Below are positions 54,575-64,000 of a stretch of DNA of 64,000 nucleotides, one piece after another. A model generated the notes under the pieces. The model worked only from the letters and a program-made list of their open reading frames with translations, did not search any database and was not told the DNA's origin. The stretch's first letter is position 1, and every line of letters begins with the position of its first letter. This DNA is from Antedon mediterranea. Taxonomy: Eukaryota > Animalia > Echinodermata. The position numbers and the translations under genes are program-made. The stretch covers positions 21,204,001 through 21,268,000 of the forward strand of contig NC_092674.1 in NCBI RefSeq assembly GCF_964355755.1, written 5' to 3'.

Positions 54575-56829
54575 CAGTCGGGCAGCAAAGTGGTTGACCT
54601 CGCGAATTATTACCAAATCAAAATTTGAATTGCCGCCATCTTGGAATCGCGATAAAGCAAGTAGTGCGGAATTACAAAATGCAGCAAAAAAAAATTTCAA
54701 TAACATTTAAATAGCATATTCATACAATTAAATTTATATTAATAAAATTCAACTAAGGATTTTACGAAAGATAGGCTACTTAAGAAATACTGCCGAGATC
54801 GGTTCCCCCACACGGCGTAGGGTACCGCAGTGCTAAGGGGCCTAGGTAGGAAAAAATCTGATTTTACCTGTTAAACATGCTTGAACCAAGGCCATTTTAA
54901 TATATATTATCCAGATTATATATCAAAACAAACTGATAAAAGGATTTGTTGATTTGCTTCTGATGAGAAAAGTGCCGGATTCATTTCGCTGACGGCGAAT
55001 GAATACACGAATTTTCGCCATTTTCTAGCACTAGCCTTGGGTACCCAGACAGCTGATAACGATTAAATTTGATTGTCCAGACGTCTCTGCTACTGGTGCT
55101 CAATACTACAGTATGTATTACCATGGACCTATAGGTCCATGGTATTACTGTACATATAGTACTGTATGTTTAGTTTTTGCTTTCTTTATGGCAAAATAAA
55201 TATTTAATTTTTGTTATTGCTTATTTTGGTTTAACTTTATCCAAGAAGAAGTAAATATTATTATATATATGCATATTACAGTCAAGTTGCAACTGCCACG
55301 AATCCAATAACAAGTTAATAAATTAACCACCATTAAATAATTTTATTTACAAAAAAGTATTTTACATACAGTATAACATGTAATATCTTATTTACATCGA
55401 AGTAAAATATGCCTATCAAACTATCTTGCTCAGGCTAAAATATCAAGTTATATGTCAATATTTGAGTTAAATCATCGCGATAATAAAAAATTTTATTTTT
55501 TTTTTATTTTTAAAGACATCTGTTACGTAAATCAATTTACAAATATCAAAAGAGGATTGTTTTTGCAGCACAAGATGAATCACAAGTCGGATAGTTTATT
55601 CTTAGAAACCTGAAAGAAAAAAAAAACACCAATAACGAGCTATTCATAGTTAAATAATTTTAATGTCAACTTTAGTCATCCTAAATTTTGTCGCCATGAT
55701 CACTACTATACACAATACTGTATATATAAATATCATATGTACGACCATCCAAATTACCTCATCCTACCTACAGTCCTTCCTAGCCTAGGCTACATTATTG
55801 TCATATATTTACAAACCTCCAACAGCCACAACGTATTTTCTTTTCTTTGGCAAAGAATTTCCCGTAATATAGTCCTAAATTAATTAAATAAATCAAAAGG
55901 TCTAGGCCTAGGCCTTTCTTTAAATATCCGACGATATATATCCATAATCCAGTGGATATAGATTCAACATTTTAAACATAATAATAATATGGCTTCACAT
56001 TGATTATAATAAGTCGGCGATATGCCACTAAAAACTAGCCTGCGGCCCTCTCTATCCGCCTACAAATAGCACTGGGTTTCCGTCAAATGGGCTAGGCCTA
56101 GCCTAGGCCTAGATAATACTACAAGTTGGGTACATTTTTTTACAACCAAATAATCTACAATTATATTGCAATATTTACCAAACTAGCACCAAATCCAAAA
56201 TAATGAAGCTACTAATAACATATTTTGGTATATTAACTGGTTTAAAAACGGATTGCACATAGTGATTTTGAAGGATTGAAATTACTCAACCACACGGCCT
56301 GTACTAAACATACGAATCCAAGATGGAGTCTGCTTAGAATATATCCCCAGCTTTGAACGGATATATTGAATCCGTCCCACAAGCTGAACCAAGCTTAAAC
56401 TTTCAGAAAAGATAGATTAATAACCTAATAACCAACCACTAAGTTTTTATAAAGGTTCCGTGCTGATGAGAAAAGTGCCGGATTCCCTACGAAACCAAAC
56501 AAATATATCATGTAGCCTACCTCAACGAACACCTCCATCTGCACTTTTTTCTTCAATAAGCTCTGTCGTCATTTCCTGGGCTATTTATACCAAAATTTTG
56601 TGGCGGGAATAATCTTCCATATTAGGAGTAACAATTTCCAAATATAGAAAGATATAATTTAACCCGGATGGTGGAAATTGCAGCAGATTTGTAAGGGTAT
56701 TCCCATGCAAAATGCTTGCCGCGAAGTGAAAAGCGAACCGGAAGTCACTATAACTTGGCGATGCTCAGTGACCTGCGCAGTTAAAAAACAGCGTTTTAAC
56801 GGTTAAATGAGCACTTTGCTGCTCGACTG
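54575..56829. mobile_element. Unclassified non-autonomous DNA transposon, 4 bp TSD, inserted in the host's left TIR
   Basis: CGTG|CAGTCGGGCAGCAAAGTG...CACTTTGCTGCTCGACTG|CGTG. Confidence 0.8.
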
Positions 56830-57494
56830 CGTGGTTAGGATTCAGGCACCGGAACTCAACTTCCCACCGTTAGGGAATCCGACACGCTATTGCGCATGCC
56901 CAGAGCGAAGTAATTATAGCTTGCACTACATTACCCGAGAGTCGGAGTGTTAACTAGGGATGTACTGTGTAGCCAAAGATATCTTTGCTGTGGCCTAGTT
57001 AGTCGTCGCGCGGGGGAGAGAGCGATGGATGAAACTTGGCCTAGGCCATACATGAATTAATAATTACGCCACGCGTTAAAATAATTATTATGATATTGAT
57101 AAGAATCAGCTTGCGTATTTCAAGAAATGTACGAAAATGAATAGCGTAGCGTTGCGACACGGACTCCTCCCGAACAGTTCTGTTTTTTTTTTCACATCCG
57201 CACGGCGGCTGTTGTCAACAAATCAACTTGTATACGATTGCATGATGTTATGTACAGTATAAATGCGTTATATGAAATCTTTTAATTTGTACTTGAAAAA
57301 TCATAAAATTTAAAACTAGTCATGTAATTATAATTCATAAAGTTTATATATGAATGAAGCAACGACTTTTTTAATTACGAAATAAATAGGCCCAATGGTC
57401 ACATCTAGCTGGTAGGCCTACTAGTATTAGTAGGCATGTAGGCCGGCTAGTTCGCCGTGGCGCGCGCAGCTATTAAAATGATCCATCGCTGTAA

Positions 57495-57670
57495 AGCTTG
57501 GTTCCCACTAGAACGTAACGCAAGGACGTAAACGCAACGCAAGCGTTTTAACCAATGACAAGCGAAATAGACAGTTAGCAATCACAAGCGAATAAGCCAT
57601 CGCTTGTGATTGGTCAATTCACTTGCGTTGCGTTACATCCTTGTGTTGCGTCGCTAGTGGGAACCACGCT
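57495..57670. mobile_element. PIF/Harbinger-like short palindromic MITE
   Basis: TAA|AGCTTGGTTCCCACTAG...CTAGTGGGAACCACGCT|TTA. Confidence 0.7.
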
Positions 57671-57972
57671 TTAGTCTGTTGTAGACAAAAATAGAGTCGC
57701 CGATTACCTCGCTCTGGGCATGCGCAATAGCGTGTCGGATTCCCTAACGCTGGGCAGTTGAGTTCCGGTGCCGGAATCCTAACCATGGCGTTTTTAAAAA
57801 CCGATTGGATAGCGACTCTTTAACATTCTCGGCGTGGTACGACGGTGGAACATCACTAGTCCCTTCGTTGTACGCAAGCGCACCATAGAGATCAAATTGA
57901 TACGCCCTCATCTTTTAGTATTTTTATTCACGAAGCGGGATATATTTTATCCAAAATATCGGGAGAAATTGC

Positions 57973-60183
57973 CGTATCCGGATATTCACCCCCTGGAAAT
58001 TTACCCCCCGGAAAACTACGCCCCGGACAACCACCACCTGGACCACTACCCCCTTAGGACAACTACCCCCCGGACAATACCCCCCCGGATAACTACCCCC
58101 TTAGGACAACAGCCTCCTTAGGACAACTACCCCCTGGACAACTACCCCCCGGACAATTACCCCCTAGGAACAATTACCCCCCCGGACAATAACCCCGGAC
58201 AATTATCCCCCCCCCCCGGGTAATTACCCCGCGGACAACTACCTCTGACACAATACTCCCCGTAGGACAACTACTTCCTGGACAATACTCCGAGGGCAAA
58301 TACTCTTTTAGGACAACTACCTCCGTAGGACAACTAACCCCTGGACAACTACCCCCCGGACAATTACCCCCTGACAATTACCCCCGGAGAATTACCCCCG
58401 GAGAATTACCCCCCCCCCCGGGTAATTACCCCGCGGACAACTACCTCTGACACAATACTCCCCGTAGGACAACTACTTCCTGGACAATACTCCGAGGGGA
58501 AATAATCTTTTAGGACAACTACCTCCGTAGGACAACTAACCCCTGGACAACTACCCCCGGACAATTACCCCTCCCCCCGGGTAATTACCCCGCGGACAAC
58601 TACCTCTGACACAATACTCCCCGTAGGACAACTACCTCCTCGACCTGGACAATACTCCGAGGGCAAATAATCTTTTAGGACAACTACCTTTGTAGGACAA
58701 CTACCCCCCGGACGGACAACTACCACCCAGACCATTCAACAACCTGACTCTGCAACAGTGTATAATAGGAATTAATAACTATATTTTAATTCGTTACTTT
58801 GACGAATTACTATTCATTATTGTAAACAAAAGTAAAAGATTGAACATAAATATAGCCTGGTATAAACTGAAGATTGTCACACATGATCATAGGATAGTCA
58901 AACGTATTATATAGTACTCCCTGTATTTACTGTGTAAAGACTGGGTTCGCTAATAATAATAATAATTTTTGCGTCAGGACAATGCTTCGATAACCACTGG
59001 TCTTAAAAGAATTAATTTTTGTCTCAAATTTGTCATATATGTATTTTTGTACACTTGAAGAATAATATCACTTTTGATATTTGACCTCAATGTTCACTCA
59101 CCGAATAAACGGCGATCTTTAAATAAATTCCCCTCAAATAAACGGTGACCATGTCACTCCCATGAAACATCATATGGAATATAATCGGCGTCTATTTCCA
59201 TTAGATTATACCCCCTCCCATTGAATAAACAACTTTCTTCCAATAAATGTACACCTAAAAACCACCTAAACAATAAACAGCCCAGGCCGTTTTTTCAATA
59301 AATACGGTACTTTAAATCTAGCACATCTAGGGTCTAGCGTGCTGTTAAACAGAATAATCGGTTAAAAACGGGTGTTTCGAAACTAGAGACCCGAGACCAG
59401 AGACCAGAGACCCGAGACCCAATACGAAAAGAGAGACCTAAATATACGAAAAGGGAGACCCACGTACGAAAAGGGAGACCCCACTATACGAAAAGGGAGA
59501 CCCACTATACGAAAAGGGAGACCCTAATATACGAAAAGGGAGACCTAAATATACGAAAAGGGAGACCCAAATATACGAAAAGGGAGACCCAAATATACAA
59601 AATGGGAGACCCAAATATACGAAAAGGGAGACCCACTATAAGAAAAGGGAGACCCCACTATACGAAAAGAGAGACCACACTATACGAAAAGGGAGACCCT
59701 AATATACGAAAAGGGAGACCCAACTATAGGTCTCCCTTTTCATATTGGGTCTCGTGTCAGGTCTCTGGTCTCGGGTCTCTAGTTTCGAAACACCCGTTAA
59801 AAACAGATGATTTCATTTTTACAGAAACCGGTCCTATATATTTGTCTACTTTTGGATTGGGGGAGGTGGTAGTTGACCGGGGGGTAGTTGACCGGGGGGT
59901 AGTTGACCAGGGTTAGTTACCCGGGGGGTAGTTATCCTAAGGGGGTAGTTGTCCTAAATGGGTGGTTGTCCGGGGGGTAGTTGTCCGGGGGGTAGTTATC
60001 CTAAGGGGGTAGTTGTCCTAAGGGGGTTGTTGTCCGGGGGGTAGTTGTCCTAAGGGGGTAGTTGTCCTAAGGGGGTGGTTGTTCGGGGGGTAGTTGTCCG
60101 AGGGGGTAGTTGTCCTAAGGGGGTAGTTGTCCGGGTGGTAAACATCCGGGGGTAACTGTCTAGGGGGTAGGTGTCCTAGAACC
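57973..60183. mobile_element. MuDR/Mutator-like foldback element with GGACAACTACCCC minisatellite arms
   Basis: 9 bp TSD AGAAATTGC (57964-57972 / 60184-60192), single in copy 1 (~38356). C-rich repeats on the left, G-rich inverted repeats on the right. Confidence 0.82.
59370..59795. mobile_element. MuDR-like MITE with internal ~22 bp tandem repeats
   Basis: 9 bp TSD GTTAAAAAC. TIR GGGTGTTTCGAAACTAGAGACCCGAGACC. Repeats ATACGAAAAGGGAGACCC. Confidence 0.82.
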
Positions 60184-60681
60184 AGAAATTGCATGGTGGC
60201 AGGTGTGAGGACGTGGCAGGTGTGAGGGCGTGACACGAAGTATATCGAAACTCCCACTTTAACGTGGTTGTAATTAGATATAACCCAGAACGTATGGACT
60301 TCCAGCAATGGAGTTTCGTTTAAACAAGAAGATATTTCTTACAAAAAACGCCGCTCGACATTTTAAAATTAATCATTGTTCTTTTTATTAATTTATGATT
60401 AATTAGTAAAAAGATGTCCTTTAATCGCAAAGATACATACAAATCACAGATAGTTCTTTAATTATGAATCACATGCCCATTTTTTCACTAGTTAATTGTA
60501 TACACAGAATTTGAAAGAAGACATGTGTACCTTTCCAACAATGTATTATTTGCCAACAAATATTAATCTACTAATTCAAAAATGGCATTTAAAAATGGTC
60601 AATTTTGAACTTTATTGTGCTGTAGCCTGTTTGTGTGTGACCTCAACCTGAACTGTAGGCATGCAATTGAATACCCTCTAG

Positions 60682-62569
60682 TAGTCTGGGTTCCAGACGG
60701 AGTTTTGTCTTAATATTAGTAAAAAGATAAATATTTTGGCACATATGGCGTTTCATACGTATACTACTTGATTTTGGATACTCCGTCTGGGGAAACACGC
60801 ACAAGTCACGTGGTTTGACACCAAGAATTCTGGGTGCATACGATTATCCGGTTGACTAGTTTCAGCTGCATGCGATTGGCTACTCACTCGTACACCGTAT
60901 TAATATTCATATTTCAGAATTTCAAAGACTCAACAACTAAGATGATGCGCATGCGCTATGTTACGTTTAGAAAAATGTGTACTTGGGTACATTATGAAGT
61001 TTCTGAAGGCTAGAAATTATTTTATATGCCTAGTAGTCTGGTAAACATTTGATGGGATTTTTCCCAAGAAAATGAAAACTCGTCTTGATATGATAGGCTA
61101 GCTTCTCCACAAATCAAACATTGAATGGATTATTTATTACGCGGAGATAATTTTGATTTAATTCCCACCCAGACCCTGTCCTGTTCTGTGTGGTGGTATG
61201 TAGGCCTACTTTATTGGCGTTTTATTTGGCAGGTCATACGTGCGAGTTGAGTAGGACCTACAAAAGAGGCCTAGGCCAAGGACTAAACAATTAATAAACA
61301 AAACAACTTGGCATTACGATTTTATATTTCAACAGTCTCGAACGTACATTCAGCACTGTACGTAGGCCTACTCGATCTCTTTCATTTTGAAACAAAATGA
61401 TCATTGGTTGATTCGAAATCCATATTTACATACCGCCCGCCCCATATAGCCTAGTCTGGGTTCCAGACGGAGTTTTGTCTTAATATTAGTTAAAAGATAA
61501 ATATTTTGGCACATATGGCGTTTCATACGTATACTACTTGATTTTGGATACTCCGTCTGGGGAAACACGCACAAGTCACGTGGTTTGACACCAAGAATTC
61601 TTGGTGCATACGATTATCCGGTTGACTAGTTTCAGCTGCATGCGATTGGCTACTCTCTCGTACACTGTTTAAATATTCATATTTCAGAATTTCAAAGACT
61701 CAACAACTAAGATGATGCGCATGCGCTATGTTACGTTTAGACAATGTGTACTTGGGTTGAAAGTTCTGAAGGCTAGAAATTATTTGATATGCCTAGTAGT
61801 CTGGTAAACATTTGATGGGATCTTTGAAACATGAAAACTCGTCTTGATATATGATAGGCTAGCTTCTCCGCAAATCAAACATTGAATGGATCATTTATTA
61901 CGCGGAGATAATTTTGATTTAATTCCCACCCAGACCCTGTCCTGTTCTGTGTAGTGGTGTAGCCCTGTTGTGTGCCGGTGGTATGTAGGCCTACTTCATT
62001 GGCGTTTTATTTGGCAGGTCATACGTGCGAGTTGAGTAGGACCTACGAAAGAGGCCTAGGCCAAGGACTAAACAATTAATAAACAAAACAACTTGGCATT
62101 ACTATTTTATATTTCAACAGTCTCGATCGCACTGGTAGGCCTACTACGAACGTACTCGATCTCTTTCATTTTGAAACAAAATGATCATTGGTTGATTCGA
62201 AATCCATATTTACATACCGCCCGCCCCATATAGCCAAATACGGTATGATAACCTACGTCATTCTTATCGTATGTTTGCGGTCTGCAAATCGATTTCTATA
62301 CGTGTTTCACAAGTCTGTATTTTCAGACAAAAATCGCGGTCGAAATAAAAACAAATAAATTTTAAAAAAAGATAATACAGACTTGGGGCAAGTCTACATA
62401 TAGCCAAATAGTTACGGTATGATAACCTACGTCATTCTTATCTGATGTTTGCGGTCTGCAAATCGATTTCTATACGTGTTTCACAAGTCTGTATTTTCAG
62501 ACAAAAATCGCGGTCGAAATAAAAACAAATAAATAGAAAAAAAGATAATACAGACTTGGGGCAAGTCTA
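60682..62569. mobile_element. TAG..CTA element with 9 bp TSD (AcademH-like), both ends tandemly duplicated
   Basis: ACCCTCTAG|TAGTCTGGGTTCCAGAC...AGACTTGGGGCAAGTCTA|ACCCTCTAG. Absent in copy 1 (~38830). Left ~770 bp repeated from 61452; right ~170 bp repeated. Confidence 0.72.
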
Positions 62570-64000
62570 ACCCTCTAGAGACAACGTGACTTCACGGTGG
62601 TACAAGTGAACATTCTTGATCCAAAATCGTTCAACCGTGAGCCCTCATAGACTCTTTTTCTGATATACAAACAAATATCTACCGAACTGTAATTGAAAAG
62701 GTTTATTGTGTGAACCGATCAACATAACAACATTGTTTCAGGCCGAACGTAATAACACTTCTGTTTTCGCGGGCTTTCAGGTCCCGTATTATAAATTCCT
62801 TTTTAAATTATGACAGACAATAGGCATATGCCCTTATCCCATAATAATAGTAAAGGTGTGTAGAGTTATATACTATTCAAGTAGATTGTTTAAATATTTG
62901 AATGTACATTAATACTAATCTGAATCAAAGTGAATTTCAAAGTAAAGTTTTCTCGAAGTAAAGTTCCAATTATAAACTTCTTACTGCCGATACATTTTCT
63001 GTTCGTGAAATGTATGTTACACCATGGTTGCACCTGTTGTATGAGTTAAATAGAAAATAGATAGGGTCCTACTCCATCTATGACGATGCACAAGCACCAC
63101 CTGGGCTTAAACAATATACCAAGGTGGCTTCCACTATTGGACTTCCGAGACATGACAGGCAAGAAATTGGCACATCACACGTGGTACAGACCGGTGTGCA
63201 CTCGCCAGAATACAGGTCCATCAATGCGATACAGCTCAGACATGCTTGCTTTTGCGTGGCACCTTCCAGACTGCTACCGCAGGAATACTCATGCACCTTG
63301 CATGCATTCAGCTTCGACATGGGTATTTGTCCAGAGCAACTGAAATAATACAATGATTTACACTTAAATACAAGCTATTTTACCCCCTTTACCTATGTGA
63401 TTTAATTTCATCATGATCGTGTCCTCTTTGCACAGAGTACAGAATCAGTACAGCTATACATTATTTAACAATTAAGAAAATTAGTGTTTAACTAATAAAT
63501 TGTAACTGTATTGACCTCTGTACATTGCTTTAGTGGTACAACATTATTATTGGAATATCTTGAATTATTTCGGTAAATACTTACACAGGGCCGGTTTTGT
63601 CCGACATCTTTTCTTTACTGTATATGCCATCTATGTTGATAATGCACGTAACAAGTGTGAAGATGATAATGCGCATGTTTGCTGAATACAGGTTGAATAT
63701 GCTTACTACTGTCAATGTGCCTCAAAATAGTTGTGGCAATGAATATACCAGATGCTATTTATATGAATGTCATGTTCCCATAAAGGTGCTAAAAAGGTTA
63801 ATGTTTAGTCATATGCCGGCGTCACTAATAACTGTAGAGTCTAGCTAAAAAGCATGCATTTTAATTGCATAATTATTATATGTAATTACTTGTTTCATAT
63901 TGGTAGTACTCTTCTATTATACCAACCCACCTCTCCGCATACGTACTGTATTCATCAAAACACATTTGGTTTGAATTCAAACAAAAATGTATAATAATTT

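Larger units (their letters stand above)
54565..57793. mobile_element. TTAA-TSD DNA transposon (Kolobok-like, ~85 bp TIRs) hosting two nested elements
   Basis: TTAA|AAACGCCGTG[insert]GTTAGGATTC...GAATCCTAACCATGGCGTTT|TTAA. Absent in copy 1 (~38186). Confidence 0.78.
50119..63600 (+). repeat. Segmental duplication, copy 2 (lacks the Ginger, Helitron and IS3EU-like inserts; has its own)
   Basis: Colinear with 1-40836. Empty sites at ~52991, 53883 and 62627. Confidence 0.92.

Noticed and set aside
57834-60308. Pro/Gly-rich ORFs as collagen- or mucin-like genes
   Set aside because: They are translations of minisatellite arms of a TSD-bounded transposon.

Overview
AT-rich, repeat-dominated animal genomic DNA, probably from a marine invertebrate (inference); nothing here looks prokaryotic. 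The main structure is a ~33 kb Ginger1-type DNA transposon (4490-37461) with TGT..ACA termini, ~66 bp imperfect TIRs and a CCGG target-site duplication. Its empty insertion site survives in a paralogous segmental-duplication copy at 53883-53886. The element encodes an apparently intact three-exon Gypsy-like integrase/transposase of about 771 aa (H2C2, DD35E, GPY/F) fused to an OTU-family protease domain. It is inflated by nested cargo: two multi-kb foldback elements, a decayed LINE with two SINEs, a head-to-tail Helitron dimer, MITEs and a 131 bp satellite. None of these interrupts the three exons. Outside it are a three-coding-exon carbohydrate sulfotransferase gene (minus strand, 45899-47991), a repeat carrying a full tRNA cloverleaf with the unusual anticodon ATC, and many non-autonomous DNA transposons whose ends and TSDs can be read by comparing the two duplicate copies (1-40836 vs 50119-63600). 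All alignments were done by eye. Superfamily labels for non-coding elements rest on termini and TSD rules only.
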